Source of the DNA: an uncultured virus (IMG/VR IMGVR_UViG_3300002138_000152)
Lineage: Duplodnaviria > Heunggongvirae > Uroviricota > Caudoviricetes
Direction: 5' to 3' (one strand)
Virus record (IMG/VR): IMGVR_UViG_3300002138_000152
DNA length: 64,000 nucleotides
The notes below the pieces were generated by a model, which saw nothing but the letters and a program-made list of their open reading frames with translations, was not told the origin of the DNA and did not search any database. This document shows, one piece after another, positions 47,476 to 57,519 of the stretch. A program made the translations under genes and the position numbers. Positions within the stretch are counted from its first letter, which is position 1. Each line of letters begins with the position of its first letter.

Positions 47476-48162
47476 TTACATGAAATCTATTTTATCAATA
47501 TCCGACAAACCGTATTTTGATTTGAGTTCTCGGATTATTGTATTTGAGTACGTGTTGTCTAGCCACAAAAACATGTTCCAATAATTATCACTGAAGTATG
47601 CTGAGAGTTCAATAAATATCTCGGTATAAGTGTATCCGTATTCGCTCAAATCTCTAAGCAGCATTGCATAATAAGCATTGAAATCTGTTCTTGAAGGACG
47701 ACGACGAGGAGCATTAAAATCAATATCAGTATGTTTGATAAGTAAATTTCTAATTTCTCCTTTTAATCGATTTTCACGATAATAGTCAATGTTTGTTTTT
47801 GATTCACCAAACTCAGAGAATTCTTCAGAAATTTCAAAACTACCACGTACATTATTGATGATGTACTCTGATTCATATTCATCTTCAAGTTTAGAAAGTG
47901 TTTTCTTTCCTTTAAAAATACTATCATAAGCAAGTGAGTGTTTTCCAATTAGTTTTGGTTTTGGCCCACGTTTACTCTTTATTGGTTCAATAGTATTCTC
48001 ATTTTTAGGAGCAACAACAAGTAAAATTTCTAATTCGTCGTCGTCATCATCTAGTAACTCACCATCATCACAATCTTCATCTGTATCTGTGGTTTCGTCT
48101 GTCCAAGATGTAAGTTCGTCTTCATTATCTTCGTGTATTGACGATGTGTTGTTTGTACTCAT
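47476..48162 (-). CDS. hypothetical protein, acidic N-terminus
   Basis: 228-aa ORF. Confidence 0.65.
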   Translation of the reverse strand: MSTNNTSSIHEDNEDELTSWTDETTDTDEDCDDGELLDDDDDELEILLVVAPKNENTIEPIKSKRGPKPKLIGKHSLAYDSIFKGKKTLSKLEDEYESEYIINNVRGSFEISEEFSEFGESKTNIDYYRENRLKGEIRNLLIKHTDIDFNAPRRRPSRTDFNAYYAMLLRDLSEYGYTYTEIFIELSAYFSDNYWNMFLWLDNTYSNTIIRELKSKYGLSDIDKIDFM

Positions 48163-48178
48163 AAGTTATATATCAAGT

Positions 48179-49507
48179 TTAAATGACGTCTGACGCCATG
48201 TATTCATCAGAATGTAGTTTTAAAAACTGTTTATTAAATTGGAATCTGATTCGTGCGTAATCCGATGAACAATCACGCAGTTTTAACCATTTCCAATGGT
48301 AGACACTATCCAATTTCATTTGTGGAGTAAGAATAATTCCCCATACACTATCAGCTGTATCAGCAATTGCTTTACTTTCTGGCATATCGTTGAGAGACAT
48401 ATCGTTAGCACCGTATTTATCTTTTGCAATCTGTGTAGCAGTAATGCAAGCTAGATTATGTCTTTGAGCAATTGCACGAAGACCAACAGCTAAATGCTCA
48501 CCTTTAAGGTAAAGCATATTTCTATCAACACCCTTTTCACAACCCATGATTTGAATGTAATCGATAATTAACATATCAATATCAACACCTGCTTCTTCTC
48601 GAACTTGTTTAACATACATTTCAATATCTGAAATTGTTGCTGAACCTGACGGATATTCTTTTACAAATAATTTACCAGGTCGAGCATCAAATAATGAATC
48701 ACTATTTCTTTTATTAATAAATTCAATTCGTTCTTTCATGTATGCACGATCTTTTGCAAGTTCAGTATATTCACTAATTGGAATCTCTAATCGCATTGAA
48801 CCAATACGTTTCATACATTTCTTTTCAGAAAGTTCAAGCGATATATATGCAACATTATATCCAGCATTTACAGCATTTACTGCAATGTTTTGCAGTGTCA
48901 ATGATTTACCAGCTCCTGGTGCGCCCATCCATACATTGAATGTTTTTCTATCAAATCCACCTTCCGTAATTGTGTCAAAACATGCAAATCCTGATGTAAT
49001 TTTATTATGTTCTGTATCTTGGTCGTGTGCGTCTGGATCATCAAAATCAAGACCTAAAGAGCTCTTATTTACTTGAACATTCAGACCTTCATCCATATTT
49101 TCACGAATACGACTGATTGCAGCTTTTACCGCATTAATATCAGTCTTGTCAATATTCTTGACATCCTCATAAGATTCCATTAATCCATTGGTAGCAGAAT
49201 AATAAAGAACCCAAGCATTGAAACGTGTCGTGATGTATTCTTCACGGTAATCATCAGGATTAAATTTCAAAAGAGCTTTGATAAATTCATCAGGTATTCG
49301 TCCTGCTTTATCTTTCAATTGAACAAGTGATATAATTTCTTTTGATGATGGTACTTGTTTGTCTTCACTTGACATGTACTCATTACGAATCACGTCATAA
49401 ACAAAACGAATATCTTCATTTTCGAAATAAAAACCCATTACAATTCTGAAATGATTCGGATTGCGTAATATCCAATTGAAAAATTGTTTTTCTAAATTTG
49501 CTGTCAT
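48179..49507 (-). CDS. replicative DNA helicase, T4 gp41/DnaB-like
   Basis: MGAPGAGKS, YISLELSE, VKEYP, IIDYIQIM, LRAIA, TATQ, ESKAIADTAD, KLRD. Confidence 0.93.
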   Translation of the reverse strand: MTANLEKQFFNWILRNPNHFRIVMGFYFENEDIRFVYDVIRNEYMSSEDKQVPSSKEIISLVQLKDKAGRIPDEFIKALLKFNPDDYREEYITTRFNAWVLYYSATNGLMESYEDVKNIDKTDINAVKAAISRIRENMDEGLNVQVNKSSLGLDFDDPDAHDQDTEHNKITSGFACFDTITEGGFDRKTFNVWMGAPGAGKSLTLQNIAVNAVNAGYNVAYISLELSEKKCMKRIGSMRLEIPISEYTELAKDRAYMKERIEFINKRNSDSLFDARPGKLFVKEYPSGSATISDIEMYVKQVREEAGVDIDMLIIDYIQIMGCEKGVDRNMLYLKGEHLAVGLRAIAQRHNLACITATQIAKDKYGANDMSLNDMPESKAIADTADSVWGIILTPQMKLDSVYHWKWLKLRDCSSDYARIRFQFNKQFLKLHSDEYMASDVI

Positions 49508-49629
49508 TGCCTTTTATGCCTCTATATTTTATTGTTCATATTATACTATGTAGAACCGTGTTTGTTTATGAATCATCTAAATATTTCTATTATTGATTGG
49601 TAATCTGTATAATTGCTAAAAAGTTAATT

Positions 49630-50262
49630 ATGGGAAGTACAGGAAGTTTTAGTGCACGTATGTCATTAATCAAAAAGCAAAAGATCACCATCGATACAGA
49701 AAATAGTATCGATGACATAAAAAAATTCGTCACGAAACATCCAGAGTTATTGGATCTAACTATTGAGTATGATGAAGACGATAAAGCTTTTAAAAAAGCA
49801 CGTAATGCTAAACTTGTCACTGTAGTTGTTAATGACGAAGATGATAATCATGTGAGAGATGTTGTGCTAGCTGACTTGGGTTTTGATATGACACTCGGTG
49901 AATTCTTGGATGGTGAAATTTATGAAGATGAAAAGTACGAAGAGCTTTTTACATCCGATTACTGTGATGCTGATCCGTCTTATTGGCAATTCAAAGTCGT
50001 TGCTGATGAGAAATACAAGGTGTCTGTCATCAAAAAGCTGAAAAATGTAGATCTTAATGCTATTGAAAAAAATATTAATAGTTGGTCGATAAAAGAACCA
50101 AATGTTCTTTCATCTGAAACTCATTTAGGTGATTGTAGTAATGATATTTACTACAAAAACGACAACAGTACCGGTTCTTCTTTCACAATCACACAAAAAT
50201 TTATTGATGGTTTGAGTCCAGGAGATATGTTAATTTTGGAAGCTGATGGTGTCTGCTATTAA
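49630..50262 (+). CDS. hypothetical protein
   Basis: ORF from MGSTGSF after GTATAATTGC box. Confidence 0.6.
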   Translation: MGSTGSFSARMSLIKKQKITIDTENSIDDIKKFVTKHPELLDLTIEYDEDDKAFKKARNAKLVTVVVNDEDDNHVRDVVLADLGFDMTLGEFLDGEIYEDEKYEELFTSDYCDADPSYWQFKVVADEKYKVSVIKKLKNVDLNAIEKNINSWSIKEPNVLSSETHLGDCSNDIYYKNDNSTGSSFTITQKFIDGLSPGDMLILEADGVCY

Positions 50263-50342
50263 CTAAAAATTTTTGTAATTCATTTCATCTTGGTATGTTT
50301 GTACTTTAGCGTACAACAAACAAATAACTTAAAACAAGAAAC

Positions 50343-51170
50343 ATGTTAGACAAATTTTATGAACTTATACAACAAATTGGTGAAAACCCTATGCAGGCAC
50401 TTTTTCTTATCTTGAGTGTGATACTTTTGGAAGTCATTCTCTCGGTTGATAACGCTGCAGTCCTTGCAACAATGGTTAAGAATCTGCCACCTGAAACACA
50501 AAAGAAAGCTCTCAGTTATGGTATACTTGGTGCATATGTATTCCGAGGTGTTGCATTACTTTTTGCATCTGTTATTATTGATATTTGGTGGTTGAAACCA
50601 ATTGGTGGATTATACCTTATGTGGATGGCATTTACATACTTTAGAGGAAAAGCAACAGAAGATCCAAGCGACGACTTACATAATGAAGCAAATCAAAGTA
50701 CACTATACAGATACACTGTTGGAATTCTTGGAACATTCTGGTCAACTGTACTTGCAGTTGAATTTATGGACATTGTGTTCTCTATTGATAACATCTTTGC
50801 AGCTGTTGCAATGTCAGACAATATTATTCTTATTATCTTTGGTGTATTTATTGGTATCCTTGCCATGCGATTTGTTGCACAACGTTTTGTAAAGCTTATG
50901 GAAAAATACCCAATCATGGAAACCTCAGCATTTATTGTTATTGGTTTACTTGGTATCAAATTATTCTTAGCACTTGTTGTTCACTACGTACCGAGTATGA
51001 AATGGATTGAATCTGAAGCATTTGATATGACAATCTCTGGACTCACACTTGCAATCTTTTTCCTTCCTATTCTGTGGATTCGATTAACACTTGGAAAAGC
51101 TGTAATTATAGAAGATGTTGATGACAGTTCAAATGTTTCAATAACAATTGATGATAAAAAAAATAATTAA
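50343..51170 (+). CDS. terC: TerC-family membrane protein
   Basis: LEVILSVDNAAVLA, YGILGAYVFR, DIVFSIDNIFAAVA, GILAMRF. Confidence 0.92.
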   Translation: MLDKFYELIQQIGENPMQALFLILSVILLEVILSVDNAAVLATMVKNLPPETQKKALSYGILGAYVFRGVALLFASVIIDIWWLKPIGGLYLMWMAFTYFRGKATEDPSDDLHNEANQSTLYRYTVGILGTFWSTVLAVEFMDIVFSIDNIFAAVAMSDNIILIIFGVFIGILAMRFVAQRFVKLMEKYPIMETSAFIVIGLLGIKLFLALVVHYVPSMKWIESEAFDMTISGLTLAIFFLPILWIRLTLGKAVIIEDVDDSSNVSITIDDKKNN

Positions 51171-51172
51171 TA

Positions 51173-51445
51173 ATGTCTGTAAGTATTTTCAAAAACAATA
51201 TCCAATCATTTCCATTTATACTTCATGGAAATGATACAGATGTAACATGTATGACAATTGTAAAGATTGCATCAGATGTATTTGTTACCACTGAATATTT
51301 TATAGATGATGAAGTGTTTACATCTAAGCATGTAGCAACACGAGTTCAAACCAGATCAGAATTATGTGCATTGTTTACATTACAATATGGTGCACCAATG
51401 CAATTTGTATCGGAAGAAGATTTTAGCAAATTCATTAATCAATAA
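51173..51445 (+). CDS. hypothetical protein
   Basis: 90-aa ORF. Confidence 0.5.
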   Translation: MSVSIFKNNIQSFPFILHGNDTDVTCMTIVKIASDVFVTTEYFIDDEVFTSKHVATRVQTRSELCALFTLQYGAPMQFVSEEDFSKFINQ

Positions 51446-51481
51446 ATAAACATTCTGCTGATTAAAATCAGTATATAATGT

Positions 51482-51718
51482 ATGTTTAAGAGAAAGACTA
51501 TAAAGAAGCCCGTGAAATCATTTACGGGCTTCTTTGATGATAATGATAAGGAGATCCATATTGGACACATTATGGAGCATGAATGGAATTTTAATGTAGA
51601 AGTTATTATTTTAAATAATGGTGAATATACTGGTCGTGTTCTTGATTTTACACAACGAAACATTTACGTACCTTTGCATTCATTAAATAATGGTAAAGGT
51701 TATACAATAATTAAATAA
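51482..51718 (+). CDS. YopX-like fragment protein
   Basis: FTGFFDDNDKEIHIGHI. Confidence 0.5.
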   Translation: MFKRKTIKKPVKSFTGFFDDNDKEIHIGHIMEHEWNFNVEVIILNNGEYTGRVLDFTQRNIYVPLHSLNNGKGYTIIK

Positions 51719-51751
51719 TTATTGTGTATATTTGTAATAAACAAAAATAAA

Positions 51752-52420
51752 ATGGCAATAAGAACTATTTCATTTGATTTCTGGGGCACACTAGCTGATG
51801 GAAATGATGAATATAAAAAACAACGTAATCAATATTTAGCAGATATATCAGGTAAAGATATCGAAGAAATTAAATTATTTCTTGATAGAATGAAGTATGA
51901 TTATGATAATGTTGTAGAAGCTACTGGAATAAGTTTTGATATTTTTCTGATCTATTCTAAAATCTGTCGTAGATTTGGTATTGATGATATAGATATCAAT
52001 ATTGTTCAAAAAAATATTGAAAGAATTTTTCTAAACAATTTACCTGTGTTAAAGGAAGACACCATTAATGTACTTGATAAATTGCTAGCGGATGGTTATG
52101 AAATATTTATTGCATCAAATACACTTTTTATATCTGGTGATATTATGAATCGAGTTTTGATAGCTATGAATCTTAATAAGTATTTCACATCGTGTTTTTA
52201 TTCTGATAGAATAGGTGTTTCTAAGCCACACACTACATTTTTTAGCACAATGCATGAAACAAGTAACAGTTTACGTTCGGAGTTCATACATGTAGGCGAT
52301 AATACATGTACGGATATATGTGGAGCACATAACTATGGTATGCGCGCTTACGAATTGTCTAAAGTATATAACACAACACTAACTTATTTTTATAATGATT
52401 TAAAATCCGGTCAATTATAA
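51752..52420 (+). CDS. HAD-superfamily hydrolase
   Basis: SFDFWGTL, IASNT, SKP, HVGDN..DI.GA. Confidence 0.88.
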   Translation: MAIRTISFDFWGTLADGNDEYKKQRNQYLADISGKDIEEIKLFLDRMKYDYDNVVEATGISFDIFLIYSKICRRFGIDDIDINIVQKNIERIFLNNLPVLKEDTINVLDKLLADGYEIFIASNTLFISGDIMNRVLIAMNLNKYFTSCFYSDRIGVSKPHTTFFSTMHETSNSLRSEFIHVGDNTCTDICGAHNYGMRAYELSKVYNTTLTYFYNDLKSGQL

Positions 52421-52437
52421 AAATATAAATAAAAAAG

Positions 52438-52463
52438 AAAGGGACCTTAAGGTCCCTTTTTTT
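52438..52463. terminator. bidirectional terminator
   Basis: AAAGGGACCTTAAGGTCCCTTTTTTT. Confidence 0.75.
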
Positions 52464-52471
52464 ATTTCATA

Positions 52472-52535
52472 TTTTTTGCTATTATGCTACGTTTTTTTTG
52501 CTATTATGCTACGTTTTTTTTGCTATTATGCTACG
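52472..52535. repeat. three tandem copies of a 22-bp unit
   Basis: T6-8 plus GCTATTATGCTACG, three times. Confidence 0.9.
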
Positions 52536-53104
52536 TTGTATGTAACAGTAAATGGTGTTGCAGTTACTGAATCAGCTTTATCAGCTACTGTATAATTAAA
52601 AGCATAAGCATCAGCAATAACTGTATCAGCTACAGTCATTGTACCAGCACCAGCATTAAATGTAAATCCAGCTGGTAAAGCTGTTAAATTAGCAAAAACA
52701 ACTTTAGCTACAGTAGTAACAATACCATTACGTAATATATGTGTTGCAAGATCATCAACTAATTCAACACCAAGTGTTACAGGAACAATTGCATCCATTG
52801 CTGTTACAATTGGATATCTATCATCGTCTGTTCCAACATTGTTATAAATATAAAGATTAATATCATTTGATGGAGCAATGTTAGTACTAATTACAGAAGC
52901 GCCAGGTTGTGTTGATGGATCTCCGGTTGGATTAATTGTTTGATTAACAATTGTTTTAGCGTCCAAATCAATTACATATTGTGTACGACGATTTGTAACA
53001 GGATTAACTTTACTTGTGTAAAATATTTTTCCAATAGTAAGACCAGTAGCTGGTACAATTATTCTATCGTAGTAGGCTACTAGATATTTCAATTTTGTTA
53101 TCAT
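52526..53104 (-). CDS. putative virion structural protein
   Basis: Thr/Val/Ala-rich beta C-terminus; ATATATA box upstream. Confidence 0.55.
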   Translation of the reverse strand: MITKLKYLVAYYDRIIVPATGLTIGKIFYTSKVNPVTNRRTQYVIDLDAKTIVNQTINPTGDPSTQPGASVISTNIAPSNDINLYIYNNVGTDDDRYPIVTAMDAIVPVTLGVELVDDLATHILRNGIVTTVAKVVFANLTALPAGFTFNAGAGTMTVADTVIADAYAFNYTVADKADSVTATPFTVTYNVA

Positions 53105-53354
53105 ATTGTGCAGATAGTGCTTTTTTTTATATATTGTTTATTATGTTTAAAATAATGTTTAAAATGAAAATGCCTTGGATTAATCCAAGGCATTTTCTAC
53201 AAAACAAATAATCCGAATAAAAACAACTCGAATGTTTTTTAAATTAACAATTGTTAATTCAATTATTTTTTTTGTGAGTAATGGTAAATACCTATTCCAA
53301 TTACTGCTCCGATAATTAATGTAATCATGTTTATATTTTATTTATTGTTAATAA

Positions 53355-54557
53355 TTAAACGCCAATCGTTAGGCGTTCTTGTTCAAAGTAAAATTTCTTT
53401 GCAATTTCCGAAATATATTTTGCAACATCTTTAAGTTCAAATCCAGCATCTGAAATTACATCAGATTCTTCTTTTACAACATCATTGATAACTGCTTTAA
53501 GATAATCACCAAGACGTTTGCGATCAAGTAATCCACCGTTAATAATATCAAATGTTTCAGTTAGCATTTGCTCAAGTCTCCAAAATGGTGTCAATTTGTC
53601 AGCAAGATCTATAAGTGTGCGAACTTTTTCATCATCAACTGTATTAAGTGTTTTCGGTTTAGAACCACTTGCGTGTTTCTCACCTTTTGATTTGAAAATG
53701 TAACGTTCACCACGAAACATTCCAGTAAATACAAGACCCTCACCCACAGTACCATCAAGTCCAAAAGTTTTTGATACTGGACATTCATCTTCAACAGCAA
53801 TAGTTTTTTCAATAATTATATTCTGCATGAGTTCTGGATGTGCCATATCAATAAACATTGTAATGGTTGGATAATCAAGAATGTTATAGATTCTACCTTC
53901 ATGTTTTCTTACATTTTCATAATTTAACCATGTAGCAGATTCTTTTGGATCGTCTTCATTTACAACTTTTACACCGAAAATAAAAAAAGCTTTGTTAGAA
54001 ATCTGTGATATACCAACATTTTTTTGAATCCCTGGACCAACCCATTCACCATACATAGCAATTGAATGAGTTGTAAGATCAATATCATTATTTTTTGCAA
54101 GTTGTGTAAGTGATGTAGTAAACCATTCACGTTCACTATTTGCAAAAAATGCAAATCCTGCATTATCTGAAATACCTATTCTTTTTACTGATGATATAAT
54201 ACGGTTTAAAAAAGTATCATCATTTTTTAATTTATCAACACCAAGTCTGATACCATCTTCAATTGTAAATGATCTTTTTGTATCGTTTGTAAATTTTACT
54301 TCAAAGATTTCACTTGATCCTGGTGTAATAATATTTTTTCGTGCTTGAAACCATAATCCATCATTTTCATTGAAACATACACCAGCATTTGTTCCATGTA
54401 ATTTTACAGTTCCAGTAAATTCAATTACTGGCATCTGAATAGATGGATCGTAAGTTGGATCACCATTTACATCAGGCCCAGTATAAGATGCTCTTGATTT
54501 TATTGTGTGAACAATAGATCTAAATTGTTCAATTGATGTAAATGCTATATGTTTCAT
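53355..54557 (-). CDS. RNA ligase, Rnl2-like
   Basis: TVKLHGTNA, DNAGF, YGEWVGPGIQK, GEGLV, FKSKG. Confidence 0.85.
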   Translation of the reverse strand: MKHIAFTSIEQFRSIVHTIKSRASYTGPDVNGDPTYDPSIQMPVIEFTGTVKLHGTNAGVCFNENDGLWFQARKNIITPGSSEIFEVKFTNDTKRSFTIEDGIRLGVDKLKNDDTFLNRIISSVKRIGISDNAGFAFFANSEREWFTTSLTQLAKNNDIDLTTHSIAMYGEWVGPGIQKNVGISQISNKAFFIFGVKVVNEDDPKESATWLNYENVRKHEGRIYNILDYPTITMFIDMAHPELMQNIIIEKTIAVEDECPVSKTFGLDGTVGEGLVFTGMFRGERYIFKSKGEKHASGSKPKTLNTVDDEKVRTLIDLADKLTPFWRLEQMLTETFDIINGGLLDRKRLGDYLKAVINDVVKEESDVISDAGFELKDVAKYISEIAKKFYFEQERLTIGV

Positions 54558-54595
54558 TGTTTAATTTTTTTGTTGTATTATTTTTTTAGAAATAG

Positions 54596-55078
54596 TTATT
54601 CACCACCACCGCCGTCGCCACCAGAATCGCCACCGCCATCAAAGTCTCCACCATCTGTATCACCATTGTCATAATCACCGCCATCGTAATCACCCGCATC
54701 AACATCAAAATTATCTATGTCCGCTGAAATATCATTTTGCATATCAATTGATAGATTATCAATATCTACTGACGATGCATCTAAAGATTCAACACCGGCA
54801 CCAGATAATTCCACTGGCATTGTTTCACTTGTCGACCATGATACAGATGAAAAATCTGATACAGGTGTTGGAGAAGAATAATAGTAATAATTACCATTTG
54901 ATTGTGTAATCATGTACCAATAAATAAAATCATCTACCGCTGCTGTAGAGTCATTTGATGTTCTATATGATTCAACTCTAATGGTCTGATCATTATTCTT
55001 GTTTGTTCCTAAGTTTGTACAAGAATTTAATGTGATTACAAATAATGTAATCGTAAGTAATTGAAATATTTTTTTCAT
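54596..55078 (-). CDS. lipoprotein with Gly/Asp-rich tail
   Basis: LNSC lipobox, GGDSGGDGGGGE end. Confidence 0.65.
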   Translation of the reverse strand: MKKIFQLLTITLFVITLNSCTNLGTNKNNDQTIRVESYRTSNDSTAAVDDFIYWYMITQSNGNYYYYSSPTPVSDFSSVSWSTSETMPVELSGAGVESLDASSVDIDNLSIDMQNDISADIDNFDVDAGDYDGGDYDNGDTDGGDFDGGGDSGGDGGGGE

Positions 55079-55090
55079 AATTTAATGTGT

Positions 55091-55666
55091 TTAGTGTTTG
55101 TTAATAACTTCTGCTTGTTCTTGTGTTGATGGATGTGTATGTACGTGTGCCTGTTCAATATTATGTTCTAATACTTCACATTTAACATGAATGTGTTCTA
55201 TAACCATAAGTACTAATGCACCAAGTAAAAACATTCCATGTATCCACATCTGTTTTGATAAATCTTCCCATGTGATTTTTTCAGCATTGATAAAAGATTG
55301 TAATAAATGAATAGAGCTTACACCAACAAGAGAAGTAGCCATTTTTACTTTTAATAATCCAGAGCTTGATTTTTCAGCTGTTTCTTGATGGTCTTTAGTA
55401 ATAAATGATGTATATGAACCAGAAATAATCATTTTGATAAGGTTTGCTATCATAACAATATCAACTAGTTCCAAAATTATGAGCATTCCATCTTCTTTTG
55501 TAAATGTCATAGCATGTGAAACCATGTGAACAACATCTTTTGAGAACCAAAATAGATAAATACATTGTGCTATAATAAGCCCAAAGTAGAATGGAACAAG
55601 TAACCATTTACTTCCAAAAAGTGTTTTTTCAACACTTGTTTTTAATCGTTTTGTAAATTTAAACAT
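55091..55666 (-). CDS. YqhA/UPF0114 membrane protein
   Basis: SKWLLVPFYFGL, LELVDIVMIANL, SGYTSF, LKVKM..SSIHLL. Confidence 0.85.
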   Translation of the reverse strand: MFKFTKRLKTSVEKTLFGSKWLLVPFYFGLIIAQCIYLFWFSKDVVHMVSHAMTFTKEDGMLIILELVDIVMIANLIKMIISGSYTSFITKDHQETAEKSSSGLLKVKMATSLVGVSSIHLLQSFINAEKITWEDLSKQMWIHGMFLLGALVLMVIEHIHVKCEVLEHNIEQAHVHTHPSTQEQAEVINKH

Positions 55667-55674
55667 TTTTGATT

Positions 55675-56238
55675 TTATTTATGAATTATTCCTGTGAAAT
55701 ACATTGATAAGTAATCTGCAAGGCTTACGCGATCAGCTATACCCATAGCCTCAAAAGACCAATTATTGTTGATTTTTATTAAACGCCCAAAGAGTACACC
55801 TGTCTCAATTGCGAAGTTTTCGTCTAAATTATAATTAGTATCAACTTGTCCTGCGGTATTTATTATACGAATATAAGCGTCTTTAATCATACCAAAATTT
55901 TGACTACGCTCAACACCTTCATGAATAGTTACAACTATGATCATTTCAACAATGTCTGGTGTAACTTTTGCAAGATCTATTGTAAGTGTTTCATCATCAC
56001 AGTCTTCAGATTTATCACCATCTTGACAATCTCCACTATGTAATACGGTATTACATGGTGATTTAGTATTACCATAAAATACAAAATGTTCTTCTGTTGG
56101 AATAACTTTGTTTGTATTTAACATGAAAATGCTTACATCAAGATCAAATTTAGAACCGACTGGGCTTTTCCAACCTAATCCAATAGTAAATTGTTGATCT
56201 TTTACTGGTGTAGTGTCTCCTTTTTTTATATTAATCAT
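55675..56238 (-). CDS. terD: TerD-family protein
   Basis: IGLGW, FDLDVS, FVFYGN, HSGD, DDE, VVTIHE, QNFG. Confidence 0.92.
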   Translation of the reverse strand: MINIKKGDTTPVKDQQFTIGLGWKSPVGSKFDLDVSIFMLNTNKVIPTEEHFVFYGNTKSPCNTVLHSGDCQDGDKSEDCDDETLTIDLAKVTPDIVEMIIVVTIHEGVERSQNFGMIKDAYIRIINTAGQVDTNYNLDENFAIETGVLFGRLIKINNNWSFEAMGIADRVSLADYLSMYFTGIIHK

Positions 56239-56290
56239 TTGTTTTGTATTTTGTTATGCAATTATACAATTTAATTTCTATCGATAGAAA

Positions 56291-57412
56291 TTAGCGTACC
56301 AATGTTTCTAATTTAAGAACAGCATCCATCATAGATCGTTCAAGATCAGTACTTTGTGGAATATTTAAAATATCAATATTTTCAATTTTATGAATAAATT
56401 GATTTAAACTTTCTGTAGTCTCTTCATCAAAAACTTTACAGTAATTATCTTTGGTATCCAATTCTAGTAGTTTATTTTTTATTGTAAACTTTTCTTTTAT
56501 TTTTTGATCTAATTCAGTAAATTCGTTTTTAATATAACTAATAAGTTTACTTTCATGTACAATTTTGAATGCATTAATATTTGGTATAAACACAAAGAAT
56601 TTATTAGTGTTCTTAATACAAAAAAGTTCACAATATGCAGAAGCCGAAACAAATGATGCTTGATAATTGACATTAAAAAGATTCTGTATTAATGGCGCCA
56701 TTAATTTACGTTCTACATGATAATCTTCATATGAATAATATTGTGATTTATCGTCTACATCAGCATTACATGCTTCCATAAATATTTCAGACGGAATATT
56801 ATAACATAGTTCACGTTTAATTTGTGATTGAAAATTATTAAATGAACCAGTTTTTTTGAAACGAAAATCATTAAAATTATCAATCAAGCAATTATAAATT
56901 GAATTTAATTGAATTGATACACCCATATTATAAAACGATTTTATTTGATCAAATTTCTTCGGGTCATTAATCGTGATAGAATCAATTATAAGTGATATAC
57001 GTGATAATTCATCTGTATAGTGTTTACGATGCCCTATCATCACATTCATATACGATTCACTAGTCTTTTTCTTAGCACGAAGCAAATTAAGTAAGTAATC
57101 AGTATAATACATATGAAATTGATCAAGCTTAGTAATTAATAATTCATTATTATTCTCAAAAGCATCGTGTATAAGTTGTATTTGTGAATAAATACGATCA
57201 ATAATAGATGAATTATAGTACTGTTTAAAAATAAATAGTTTTGATACTTTTTGTTTTGAATCGGTTAAGTATTTACTACGTTGTATCTTTTCACGTTCGA
57301 TTGGAGTAATTTCAGGCACTTTTTGTTGTGCTTCAGGTAATGCGCGTGTACGTGTATTGTGTTCCCAACGCATAAAGTATTTTCTGAAAAATTCCATAAA
57401 TTTTTTGGACAT
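56291..57412 (-). CDS. hypothetical protein next to telA, possibly XpaC-like
   Basis: 373-aa helical ORF; context only. Confidence 0.5.
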   Translation of the reverse strand: MSKKFMEFFRKYFMRWEHNTRTRALPEAQQKVPEITPIEREKIQRSKYLTDSKQKVSKLFIFKQYYNSSIIDRIYSQIQLIHDAFENNNELLITKLDQFHMYYTDYLLNLLRAKKKTSESYMNVMIGHRKHYTDELSRISLIIDSITINDPKKFDQIKSFYNMGVSIQLNSIYNCLIDNFNDFRFKKTGSFNNFQSQIKRELCYNIPSEIFMEACNADVDDKSQYYSYEDYHVERKLMAPLIQNLFNVNYQASFVSASAYCELFCIKNTNKFFVFIPNINAFKIVHESKLISYIKNEFTELDQKIKEKFTIKNKLLELDTKDNYCKVFDEETTESLNQFIHKIENIDILNIPQSTDLERSMMDAVLKLETLVR

Positions 57413-57519
57413 TGTTTAACAGATTATTTGTTTATTTTGTATTACAAATATACAAAACAAATATGAAAAAAAGAAAGGCTAAACAATTTGTTTAGCCTTT
57501 CTTTTTTTTCATGTATTTA

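Noticed and set aside
54596..54720. Gly/Asp codon repeats as a DNA repeat element
   Set aside because: Explained by a low-complexity protein tail
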